Origin: an uncultured Alphaproteobacteria bacterium
GTDB lineage: Bacteria; Pseudomonadota; Alphaproteobacteria; CAAHEQ01; UBA3637
Direction: 5' to 3'
DNA length: 49,917 nucleotides
Assembly (NCBI GenBank): GCA_944390205.1
Contig: CALXPF010000001.1
Span: 1 to 49,917 of the forward strand
The notes below the pieces were generated by a model that was not told the origin of the DNA, did no database searches, and saw only the letters and a program-made list of their open reading frames with translations. Shown here one piece after another: positions 26,617 to 34,513 of the stretch. Made by a program: the position numbers and the translations under genes. Each line of letters starts with the position of its first letter. Positions within the stretch are counted from its first letter, which is position 1.

Positions 26617-27495
26617 ATGCAAATAAACACCATTACACTCACGGGGGGAACAAAAGCAAGGGCCAAAGATGTTAACGACAACATCAACATTTTAAAAAAT
26701 GCGATTTATTCTTTGGAAGAAACCGTCAACGAATATAAACAAGCCATTGAAGAGCTCAAAAAAAAACCGACACGAGAAATGTTTGACATCTATTTTTCAC
26801 TAGACGGGAATGCCCCCACGGGAGCCTATCCGCTTTGGACGGGGGAATGGATCAGCCATTGTTCATCCATTTATCCCGATTTTTGGACAGAGCTTGGAAA
26901 CCGGATTCAAAACAATGCCGTTCAAGCCATTACGGAAGAAGAATATGAAGAAGCCCTAGAAGAGTTTGGTCAATGCGCTTCTTTTGTTTATGACGAATTA
27001 AACGACCGTGTTCGACTTCCCAAAATCACACGGTTTATTTCATCCATTGAAGAGATAACCGACTTGGCAAGCATTGAAAATGACGCCATGCAAAACATTA
27101 CCGGAAAATTCGGAGGAACCATTTGCGGAGATCCGGACGGCGCGTTTGAAACGGAAGCAGATTTTGTGGGTGGCATTCGAACAGGGGGATATCAAGGGAG
27201 ATATTATCGTTTCGATGCCTCTTTACAAGTCAGAACGGCCGATGAAACACGCCCTAAAAACGTTCGATTAGCGTTGTTTTTACAAGTTGCCAATAATACC
27301 GGCGAAATAGCGTCCATGAACACACAGCTGATTGCGGAAGAATTATCCTCATCCTTAGACAGTTTAAAAGAAGCCGAAACAACCGCCCTCACAGCGATTC
27401 AAACAGCTACGGATGAAGCATTAAAACGTCTTGAAAGCACATCTTCTCTAAACGATATCCAAGAGGCGCTGGAAACAATCAACGGATCTTTTTGA
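26617..27495 (+). CDS. Phage tail-collar / tail-fibre-like protein with flanking coiled coils (orphan)
   Basis: 'YPLWTGEWISHCSSIYPDFWTELG ... FVYDELNDRVRLPKITRFI' follows the tail-collar pattern (P.GW..C.G....YP.LF..LG ... F.LPDLRGRF). 'ENDAMQNITGKFGG' follows. N- and C-terminal heptad-like segments. AAAGGA SD favours ATG 26617 over 26599. Confidence 0.45.
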   Translation: MQINTITLTGGTKARAKDVNDNINILKNAIYSLEETVNEYKQAIEELKKKPTREMFDIYFSLDGNAPTGAYPLWTGEWISHCSSIYPDFWTELGNRIQNNAVQAITEEEYEEALEEFGQCASFVYDELNDRVRLPKITRFISSIEEITDLASIENDAMQNITGKFGGTICGDPDGAFETEADFVGGIRTGGYQGRYYRFDASLQVRTADETRPKNVRLALFLQVANNTGEIASMNTQLIAEELSSSLDSLKEAETTALTAIQTATDEALKRLESTSSLNDIQEALETINGSF

Positions 27496-27520
27496 TAATC
27501 TTCAAAAGCCAAAAGGTCCT

Positions 27521-27566
27521 CTGTCATCTGCCCGATAAACGGGCGGATGATGGGTTTTTTATTTTT
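27521..27566 (+). terminator. Strong intrinsic terminator between convergent genes (probably bidirectional)
   Basis: ~14-bp stem CTGTCATCTGCCCG-ATAAA-CGGGCGGATGATGG (with G-U pairs) followed by GTTTTTTATTTTT. Confidence 0.7.
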
Positions 27567-27577
27567 GGCTCTTTTTG

Positions 27578-28231
27578 TTAATCTCTTTTTGTTTGTAAAA
27601 AATCCCGAACGGTCGGCATCATTTTTTCAACCATCACTCGAACCCCTTTGGCGGACGGATGGGCATGATCCGATAAGAAATAATCCGACTGCATATTAAG
27701 GGTAATCGGCGTTAAGTCAAACAATCCATCCATGAAAAAAGGATACAGCATCAAATCATATTTTTGTGCCAAATCCCGATACATTTGTTGAAACGCGTTC
27801 CGATATGAGATCGGAGCGGTTGGCGGTGCCTGCATACCGATTAACAAAACGGGAATATGATTTTGTTGAAACGTTTCGATCATTGTTTCCAGATTTTTTT
27901 GAGTTTCTTCGATCGGTCTTTGTCTCAACGCATCATTGATTCCCAACTCAAGCAAAACGGCTGACGGCTTTTTTTTGAGAGCCTGATTTTGACGCCGAAC
28001 GCCCCCTGCCGTTGTCTCTCCGCTTTTGCTGGCATTAAGCACTTTAATATTTGAAAATTCTTGCTTTAAAGCCTCTTCTAAACGATTATAAAAAGAATCC
28101 TCTTTCGGCAACCGATATCCGGCGGCCAAACTGTCTCCGTAAACCATCAATACAAACGGCTCTTGAGACGAGGCCGGAAAAATATAAAAACACATCCATA
28201 AAAAACTAAATAACTTTATAAAAAAGCGCAT
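27578..28231 (-). CDS. tesA: SGNH/GDSL hydrolase (TesA-like arylesterase / thioesterase I / lysophospholipase L1)
   Basis: Signal peptide 'MRFFIKLFSFLWMCFYIFPASS', block I 'VYGDSLAAGY', 'GINDA', block V 'DHAHPS'. ATG 28231 is preceded by AAGGGGA. The 77-codon N-terminal extension in the ORF track is non-coding-like. Confidence 0.8.
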   Translation of the reverse strand: MRFFIKLFSFLWMCFYIFPASSQEPFVLMVYGDSLAAGYRLPKEDSFYNRLEEALKQEFSNIKVLNASKSGETTAGGVRRQNQALKKKPSAVLLELGINDALRQRPIEETQKNLETMIETFQQNHIPVLLIGMQAPPTAPISYRNAFQQMYRDLAQKYDLMLYPFFMDGLFDLTPITLNMQSDYFLSDHAHPSAKGVRVMVEKMMPTVRDFLQTKRD

Positions 28232-28349
28232 TCTTTCCCCTTTCTTTTTATACCTTTTAAAAACCGATTTATTATACCATGCTTCAACCGAAAAAAAAGA
28301 TTTTTTTATTATTGTTTCTTGAGTGTTGAACCATTTATTTAAAAAAAGA

Positions 28350-28377
28350 TTGAAATTCCGATAATTTTTTTTATAAT
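28350..28377 (+). promoter_or_regulatory. Sigma70-like promoter for the uracil-DNA glycosylase gene
   Basis: TTGAAA (28350..28355), 16-nt spacer, TATAAT (28372..28377). Confidence 0.45.
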
Positions 28378-28489
28378 GACAAAATCCATGAAAAGAGTGG
28401 GTTCTGCTTTTCAACTCATCTGCTTTTACCCGATCCGCTTCTTCAAAATCGTTATTCTTCAAAAAGCGGACACAAAAGAGGAAAATAAA

Positions 28490-29086
28490 ATGTATGAAGA
28501 ATTAGATCTTATTCAAAAAGAAGTTTCGACATGTACAAAATGCCCCCTATGTCAATCTCGTCACACGGTTGTTTTTTCGGATGGTGTCCCGAACAATAAA
28601 TTGATGTTGATCGGAGAAGCCCCCGGCTATAATGAAGATATGCAAGGGAAACCTTTTGTCGGCAGAGCCGGACAGTTATTGGATAAGATTTTAGAATCGG
28701 TCGGTCTTTCTCGAGAAAAAGATATTTATATCTGTAATACGATTAAGTGCCGTCCACCCGAAAACAGAGACCCGTCTCCGAGTGAAAAAGAAGCCTGTCG
28801 ATCTTATTTAGACGCCCAAATTCGCATTTTAAAACCTAAAATTATTCTCTTATGCGGAAAAGTTGCCCTCACTTCCTTTATGAATACCCCTTTGGGTATT
28901 TCCAAATTAAGGGGACAATGGTTCGATGGACCGTATGGTTCTAAAATGATGCCTATTTTTCATCCCTCCTATTTACTGCGAAATCCGTCTAAAGAAGTCG
29001 GTTCTCCCAAATGGTTGATGTGGCAAGATATGAAAGAGATCAAAAAAGCCTACGATTTGCTTAATGAAACGGAACACACCGAATAA
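28490..29086 (+). CDS. udg: Uracil-DNA glycosylase, family 4 (Fe-S type)
   Basis: 'CTKCPLC', 'GEAPGYNED', 'PFVGRAGQLL', 'HPSYLLRNP'. ATG 28490 is preceded by AAGAGGAAA. Confidence 0.85.
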   Translation: MYEELDLIQKEVSTCTKCPLCQSRHTVVFSDGVPNNKLMLIGEAPGYNEDMQGKPFVGRAGQLLDKILESVGLSREKDIYICNTIKCRPPENRDPSPSEKEACRSYLDAQIRILKPKIILLCGKVALTSFMNTPLGISKLRGQWFDGPYGSKMMPIFHPSYLLRNPSKEVGSPKWLMWQDMKEIKKAYDLLNETEHTE

Positions 29087-29289
29087 AAGTAGATAGCCCC
29101 ATACAAGCGATTCAAAAAAATAAAAAACAAAACCGATTTTAAAAATGAGAAAAGAAACAGACCGGTGTCAACAGGACGAATGAGAATAGAAATGAGAGCA
29201 GAAACGGAAATTGGATCGGGAACGGGACTCAGAACAAAAAAGGGCAAAAGAAAAATCCTGACACATAAAAAATCGGAGGCATAAAACAA

Positions 29290-30417
29290 ATGTTTTTTTT
29301 CATGATTATGATATCCGGCTTGATCGGAACGGGATATACCTCATTTCGTCTTTTACATCGTCAACCGCTCCGTTTCGGATATAAGGTTCTGATAACCGTT
29401 TTTATTTTAGCCTGTTGGTTTATGCCGGCCTTTATCAGGGACAGAGGGGTGTTAAGCGGTGTTCCGTTTATTGCTCTTTCTTATATCGGATATTTTTTAT
29501 TTGTTTTTTTCTTTTTATTATTTATCTTTTTAATCACACGAGACATCATCTGGTTTTGTATTCGTTTTATTCAAAAGAGAATCAATCCTGATTTAAAACC
29601 TGTTTCCAGTCATTTTCTCCGACAAGCAAACTTAATCACATTGATTATCACATTGACCCTTACGACATACAGTCTTTACGAAGGAACAAAAGTTCCCGAT
29701 CTAAAAGAAATAACGCTTTACTCTGATAAAATTCAAGAACCTGTTCAAATTGTTTTGTTAACAGATTTACATTTATCGAGATCCCTCTCTCAGACAAAAC
29801 TGGACGGGATTATTGATCGAGTCAATAATCTTCATCCCGACATTATTTTGCTGGCAGGAGATATTATTGACGATCAAGAAAAGCACATTCAAAATTTAGT
29901 ACAAAGCATGTCAGGACTCAAAGCAAAAAACGGTGTTTTTGCCACCTCGGGGAATCATGAATTTTATGTCGGGCATGATCAAGTTCTTAAAAATTTCAAA
30001 AAAATGAACGTTATTTATTTATTCAACGAAGGACATCTCACTCAAAAAAATGTTTTTATTGCCGGTATTCCGGATCATAAACAAGTTCGCCGAATTCAAA
30101 AAAAAGCGGATATCCGACAAGCGTTAACAAATGCTCCGTCAACCGCATATAAAATTCTTTTATCACACACCCCCTCGTTTATTGATCAATTAACTCCTCA
30201 TCAAATTGATTTGCAAGTTTCGGGACACACGCATGGCGGACAGATTTTTCCGTTTCATTATTTAGCTTGGCTTTTTAACGGATATTTAAACGGTCTTTAT
30301 ACCGTTAACGGAATGAAGCTTTATGTGTCTCGCGGATCGGGACAATGGGGTCCGCAAATGCGTTTTTTGGCCCCGTCTGAAATAACTCTGATAAGACTCT
30401 CTCCTTTTAAACATTAA
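29290..30417 (+). CDS. Membrane-anchored metallophosphoesterase (YkuE/YaeI-like)
   Basis: Four N-terminal TM segments, then 'LLTDLHLS', 'LAGDIID', 'SGNHE', 'LLSHTP', 'SGHTHGGQ'. GGAGG SD. Confidence 0.85.
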   Translation: MFFFMIMISGLIGTGYTSFRLLHRQPLRFGYKVLITVFILACWFMPAFIRDRGVLSGVPFIALSYIGYFLFVFFFLLFIFLITRDIIWFCIRFIQKRINPDLKPVSSHFLRQANLITLIITLTLTTYSLYEGTKVPDLKEITLYSDKIQEPVQIVLLTDLHLSRSLSQTKLDGIIDRVNNLHPDIILLAGDIIDDQEKHIQNLVQSMSGLKAKNGVFATSGNHEFYVGHDQVLKNFKKMNVIYLFNEGHLTQKNVFIAGIPDHKQVRRIQKKADIRQALTNAPSTAYKILLSHTPSFIDQLTPHQIDLQVSGHTHGGQIFPFHYLAWLFNGYLNGLYTVNGMKLYVSRGSGQWGPQMRFLAPSEITLIRLSPFKH

Positions 30418-30756
30418 GTGAACTAAAAAGATCATCCCCTCTCATGAGAATATCTCAGCAAAATAACAACGCCTATACGCACAAAAAAATCTGCTTTTTT
30501 CTCATACAAACAAAGCCATTTCTATTTTGAACCCTCTACTCCTCGTTTCAAAACCACTTAATACACCTCACTTCAACTATTCACACCAAACACCTCTTTA
30601 ATCATAAAAAAGAGGCACCTGTCATGTCACAAGTACCTCTCTCGGAATAAAGACTCCGCCACTCAACTCAGCTTGACCGCTTAGCGCCGGACTTGACATC
30701 CATCCAGACAAAAGTCATCTGTTTATGAGATGATCCCTTTTCCGAATGTTGATGGC

Positions 30757-31380
30757 TTAATTTCTCTCCGATCTGAATTGAGTCATCTTTTTTTGTAATG
30801 CCGGATTGCTCTTTGTCTTTCCGAGCAATAAGTTAACAGCTTTAACATCCCCTCGCTCGGAAGCCATCATAAGAGCCGTTTTACCCTCATTGTCCTTAAG
30901 ATTTACATCAGCACCGGCTTTCAAAAGAATTTCTATGGAATCGGTGTATCCGTTAGATACGGCGTCCATTAAAGGCGTCACACCCCGTTTATCTTGCCGA
31001 TTCACATCAGCTCCATGCTCTATAATCGCTTGCACAACTTCGGCATCGTACATAAGAGCATACTCCAAAGCCGTCTTACCAAAGCAATCTACGGCTTTAA
31101 CATCCGCCCCTCGTTCCAACAACGCCGGAACATATTCCTTCACATGCTCACCGCGACGCAATGCCCACATCAACGGGGTCCGTGCTCCCTTATCCCGATA
31201 ATTAACATCCGCCCCTTTCTCAATTAAGTCATCAATCTTTTGAGTGGCAACCGCTCGTTTTTCCGGATGACCGGTCCACACAAACTCAAGCAATCGCTTG
31301 GAATATAAATCTACATATACTTCATACAAGCTTTTTTTTGCTTTATAATCGGGTTCGTTTAATGTTTCATGTTGTTTCAT
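30757..31380 (-). CDS. Ankyrin-repeat protein (about 4 repeats)
   Basis: Repeated 'G.TPLM.A...G....V..LLE.GADVN' units, e.g. 'GARTPLMWALRRGEH', 'GKTALEYALMYDAEVVQAIIEHGADVN', 'GVTPLMDAVSNGYTDSIEILLKAGADVN', 'GKTALMMASERGDVKAVNLLL'. Confidence 0.9.
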   Translation of the reverse strand: MKQHETLNEPDYKAKKSLYEVYVDLYSKRLLEFVWTGHPEKRAVATQKIDDLIEKGADVNYRDKGARTPLMWALRRGEHVKEYVPALLERGADVKAVDCFGKTALEYALMYDAEVVQAIIEHGADVNRQDKRGVTPLMDAVSNGYTDSIEILLKAGADVNLKDNEGKTALMMASERGDVKAVNLLLGKTKSNPALQKKMTQFRSERN

Positions 31381-31624
31381 TTTTATCTCCTTCTGGTTAA
31401 AAATCCTCTTGTTACGTCTATACCCTCTTTTTTAAGAGTATCACATCTCAATATTTTGTCAACTGTTTTTAGCACGCTCAATCAACTTAACTAAAGGAGT
31501 CGTTTCCGCCGAATAAGTTTCAAAAAAATCCTCGCAAACTTTTTAACACACGTCACTCTGTTTTTCAAACCAAGTCGATACTTTCACCCCGCTTGTTCAC
31601 ATAAAAACCTTCCGATTTAATCAT

Positions 31625-31657
31625 AAAAAACCCTCCTTGAAACAGGAAGGTTTTTTT
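31625..31657 (-). terminator. Intrinsic terminator downstream of the antiporter gene (A-run/T-run flanked, potentially bidirectional)
   Basis: AAAAAA-CCCTCCTTG-AAA-CAGGAAGG-TTTTTTT. Confidence 0.55.
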
Positions 31658-31673
31658 ATGGGCCTTTTTTGCT

Positions 31674-33131
31674 TTATACCGAAATCAATCCGTGTGAAAA
31701 AGCGTAAAGAGCAACGAGAGCCGTCACAATAATAAAAATTGCCAAGGCTTTTTCGGGATCGGAAAAAATCGGCTCTTTCGGCGCATATTCTTTTCGGGCC
31801 AGAATATAGAACGGTATTCCGATTGCAATAAAGACAACAGCCATCAAAAGGTAGCTGAGGCCGGCTGCATAAATTAACCAAACGGCATAAACAGCCCCTA
31901 AAACAGCCGTCATCAAAGCGCTAAATCGACTAATTCCGATACGGGTCGGAAACTCATGATCCTCACAAATTTTCCAAAGATACAAGCACGACATAAAATA
32001 CGCCGGCAAAACCATCACACCCGTAATGGAGAGCATTGTATTCCATGCATTATTGGCAAAATAAACAAAGATCATGGCAATTTGCATTAAAATGCTGGTC
32101 GTCCAAAGAGAGACATTCGGAGATCCGGCCTTGTTCTCCCGTGCAAACACTTTCGGAAAGGATTGATTTTGAGCCATGGCAAAGGGCATTTCCGCAACAA
32201 TCATTGTCCAAGAAAGCCAACTGGCCAAAATAGCAATAATCACACCGACATTCATCAACCAAGCTCCCCAAGGACCGACAATATGTTCCAAAACACCGGC
32301 GGTTGACGGATTGGGAATAGCGGCGAGCTCTGCTCTTGTCATATATCCGAACGGCAAAATAGACAATAAAACATAAATGGCCAAACACCCTAAAAATCCG
32401 ATCAACGTGGCACGCCCGACATCCGACTGACTTTGTGCTCGTCCCGATAACACAACGGCGCCCTCAATACCGATAAAAGCCCATAATGTCACCAACATTG
32501 TGTTTTTCACCTGTGTTTCCAATCCGCCTAATTTATGTTCACTGAGTTTTCCCCAAAAATCAAAATCAAACTGATCCGTGTTAAAAACAGCGCCAACAAT
32601 AATAATGAATAAAACCAACGGAACAATTTTGGCAATCGTTACGACCAAGTTAATAAAAGCTGCTTGCTGAACGCCTCTTAAAACCAAAAAGTTGAAAAAC
32701 CAGATCAAAAAAGACCCACCGATAATGGAGTATAAATTATTTCCGCCCGTAAAAACACCCGGAAAAAAATAATTAAAAGCATCCATGGTAATAACGGCGT
32801 ATCCGACATTTCCGAAGATCTGACAAAGCCAATAACTCCATCCGATATTAAACCCCATGTAGGGGCCGAATCCGGAACGGGCATACATATAAATTCCCGA
32901 CGTTAAATCCGGTTTTGCATTTGATAAGATCCGAAACGTATTTGCAATAAAATACATTCCGAATCCCGTCACCAACCAAGCGATCATAACGGCTCCGGCG
33001 GCGGCACTTTGCGACATGTTTTGAGGCAGAGAAAAAATCCCGCCTCCGATCATTGAACTGACGACAATGGCGGCTAAACCGAATACACCCAATTTATCGC
33101 CCGTTGACATTTGCTTTTTTTGCTCTGCCAT
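31674..33131 (-). CDS. aaxC: APC-superfamily basic amino acid/amine antiporter (ArcD / chlamydial AaxC-like arginine:agmatine exchanger)
   Basis: 'KLGVFGLAAIVVSSMIGGGIFSLPQNMSQSAAAGAVMIAWLVTGFGM...KPDLTSGIYMYARSGFGPYMGFNIGWSYW' follows the ArcD/AaxC N-terminal pattern. ~13 TM segments. ATG 33131 has an AAAGGA SD. Lies directly downstream of the decarboxylase gene. Confidence 0.7.
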   Translation of the reverse strand: MAEQKKQMSTGDKLGVFGLAAIVVSSMIGGGIFSLPQNMSQSAAAGAVMIAWLVTGFGMYFIANTFRILSNAKPDLTSGIYMYARSGFGPYMGFNIGWSYWLCQIFGNVGYAVITMDAFNYFFPGVFTGGNNLYSIIGGSFLIWFFNFLVLRGVQQAAFINLVVTIAKIVPLVLFIIIVGAVFNTDQFDFDFWGKLSEHKLGGLETQVKNTMLVTLWAFIGIEGAVVLSGRAQSQSDVGRATLIGFLGCLAIYVLLSILPFGYMTRAELAAIPNPSTAGVLEHIVGPWGAWLMNVGVIIAILASWLSWTMIVAEMPFAMAQNQSFPKVFARENKAGSPNVSLWTTSILMQIAMIFVYFANNAWNTMLSITGVMVLPAYFMSCLYLWKICEDHEFPTRIGISRFSALMTAVLGAVYAVWLIYAAGLSYLLMAVVFIAIGIPFYILARKEYAPKEPIFSDPEKALAIFIIVTALVALYAFSHGLISV

Positions 33132-33158
33132 GTGATATCCTTTCTCTATAAAAGACAC

Positions 33159-33184
33159 AAAAAGGGAATCCAACCAGATTCCCC
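33159..33184 (-). terminator. Hairpin plus T-run between aaxB and aaxC (internal attenuator/partial terminator candidate)
   Basis: On the - strand: GGGGAATC-TGGTTG-GATTCCC followed by TTTTTGTG. Confidence 0.4.
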
Positions 33185-33198
33185 TTGCCTAACAGCCT

Positions 33199-33786
33199 CT
33201 ATTTTTTGGGAACGGCAACCGGAGCCGTTTCAAAATTCAAAAATCCAAGACACGTTAAAGAATATCCGAAGGCTTGTGTAATATTGACATAATTGTGATA
33301 AAATTGAAAATCACTGTGTTGTTTCACTCCTCGAATATCCAATTCATGATTAAGCGATTTAGTCAACCACATTTCGGCATGTGCTTTTGCAATATCATCA
33401 TCAATAAACGTATCAAAGAACTCTACATACTCAGCAGCCCAACCGCCAATGAACCGACCGGATTTATCTTCACCCCAGACAACACCGACACCGGTTGCGA
33501 TTGCTTTGTGATCTTGTTGCCGTGCTCCATGACCGGCCATAATTACCTCTAATACGGCTCCGTGTTTAAATTGATCTTGAACTTGTTCGACCGGAACAAT
33601 ATTTCCGAACAATTCCGGCGGTAAAACAGACGTATACGGAATTACGTTAAAATCTTGAATTTTCGCTTCCAATAACGCCGAGTCATAACAAAATGTTTCA
33701 AAGGGTTGAGGGGGAATACCGTCTTCCGACAAACCGGCTCCGCCCGTGTGAAACGCTAATGTGGGATATCTTGTTCCTACTTGCAT
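33199..33786 (-). CDS. aaxB: Pyruvoyl-dependent arginine decarboxylase, chlamydial AaxB type
   Basis: 195 aa. '[58 protein letters not shown]', with Thr52-Ser53 at the position of the AaxB self-cleavage site. '[10 protein letters not shown]', '[10 protein letters not shown]'. GGAGG SD 7 nt before ATG 33786; the longer ORF-track N-terminus is non-coding-like. Confidence 0.7.
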   Translation of the reverse strand: MQVGTRYPTLAFHTGGAGLSEDGIPPQPFETFCYDSALLEAKIQDFNVIPYTSVLPPELFGNIVPVEQVQDQFKHGAVLEVIMAGHGARQQDHKAIATGVGVVWGEDKSGRFIGGWAAEYVEFFDTFIDDDIAKAHAEMWLTKSLNHELDIRGVKQHSDFQFYHNYVNITQAFGYSLTCLGFLNFETAPVAVPKK

Positions 33787-33941
33787 AATAAACCTCCATA
33801 AAATAAAATTGCACAATTGCAACCAATGGTTGATATAAAATAAAAATACACGCGTTTCAATATATCCTTTAGTTGAAACTCTCTTGATTCGGATCAAAAT
33901 TGATTTTATATCCACAATGCATATTGAAAGGGAGAAAAACA

Positions 33942-34283
33942 ATGAAACATTTATTACTATCCGGCACAATGGCCATCGGGATTATGATGGCAGGTTCGGT
34001 TTCAGCCTCGACCATGTCAACAAGCGGAACCGTCACCGCCACACAAAACGGTGTTTTGGAAATTAAACAAGGAGACGGTGAAGTCAAAACATTCTCCATC
34101 ACACCGGAGACACGCTATCGTCAAAAGAAGATGACAGAGAGCACACAAGCTTCCACCGAAAATGAAACACAAGATGACAGCTATTTTGAACCGATTGTCG
34201 AAGAAGACGAATGGGTTGAAGTATATTATACCCCCAACGGAGACACACTCGTTGTGGAAGATGTCATTATTTATGAAGATTAA
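33942..34283 (+). CDS. Small secreted protein of unknown function
   Basis: Signal peptide '[23 protein letters not shown]'. AAGGGAGAA SD. Acidic C-terminus. Followed by a terminator. Confidence 0.55.
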   Translation: MKHLLLSGTMAIGIMMAGSVSASTMSTSGTVTATQNGVLEIKQGDGEVKTFSITPETRYRQKKMTESTQASTENETQDDSYFEPIVEEDEWVEVYYTPNGDTLVVEDVIIYED

Positions 34284-34308
34284 AGAAAAAAACACTTTTA
34301 AGACATTA

Positions 34309-34349
34309 AAGGAAGGGGAGAGCCATTTTTTCTCTCCTTTCTTTTTTTT
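34309..34349 (+). terminator. Intrinsic terminator
   Basis: AAGGAAGGGGAGAG-CCATTTTTT-CTCTCCTTTCTT followed by a T-run. Confidence 0.6.
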
Positions 34350-34365
34350 GCTTCAAATGAGTTTA

Positions 34366-34395
34366 TTGACCTGTTTTTCTAAAAATTATTATAAT
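34366..34395 (+). promoter_or_regulatory. Sigma70-like promoter of the large pilin-like gene
   Basis: TTGACC (34366..34371), 18-nt spacer, TATAAT (34390..34395). Confidence 0.5.
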
Positions 34396-34513
34396 ATTTA
34401 GAAAATGAGTTTAAAAATAAAATAAAATCGTCTCAATTTCATATAAAATTCTTGCCTTTAAAGACCTGTTTGTTGTATAAAAGAGAAAAGCGTTTAAAAG
34501 AAAAGGGGAAACC

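Noticed and set aside
26599-27495. Prophage or tailocin cluster around the tail-fibre-like gene.
   Set aside because: This is a single gene flanked by cellular genes and terminators. No other phage-type ORFs are in the window.
29050-29289. 79-codon hydrophobic - strand ORF in the purine-rich spacer between udg and the metallophosphoesterase gene.
   Set aside because: It overlaps the udg 3' end. Its start abuts the opposite-strand start codon, leaving no room for a promoter. The Phe/Leu/Ser/Pro-rich sequence is what a pyrimidine-rich strand yields by chance.
30806-31201. 131-codon + strand ORF (and 30994..31227) antisense to the ankyrin gene.
   Set aside because: Antisense ORFs like these are typical of repeat-rich genes. 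They have a Ser/Ala/Arg-rich composition and no SD, whereas the ankyrin frame has clear repeat motifs.
31621-31881. 86-codon - strand ORF overlapping the 3' end of the antiporter gene (plus 32050..32388 and several + strand ORFs inside it).
   Set aside because: These are alternative frames of a clearly conserved APC transporter gene. They are Cys/Arg-rich nonsense translations.
33787-33969. 61-codon N-terminal extension of the aaxB ORF (likewise 28232..28462 for tesA, 28376..28489 for udg, 6195..6335 for tcdA, 33132..33173 for aaxC).
   Set aside because: Internal ATGs with good SD sequences coincide with the conserved protein N-termini or signal peptides. The extensions are AT-rich, overlap promoters or neighbouring genes, and have a non-protein-like composition.
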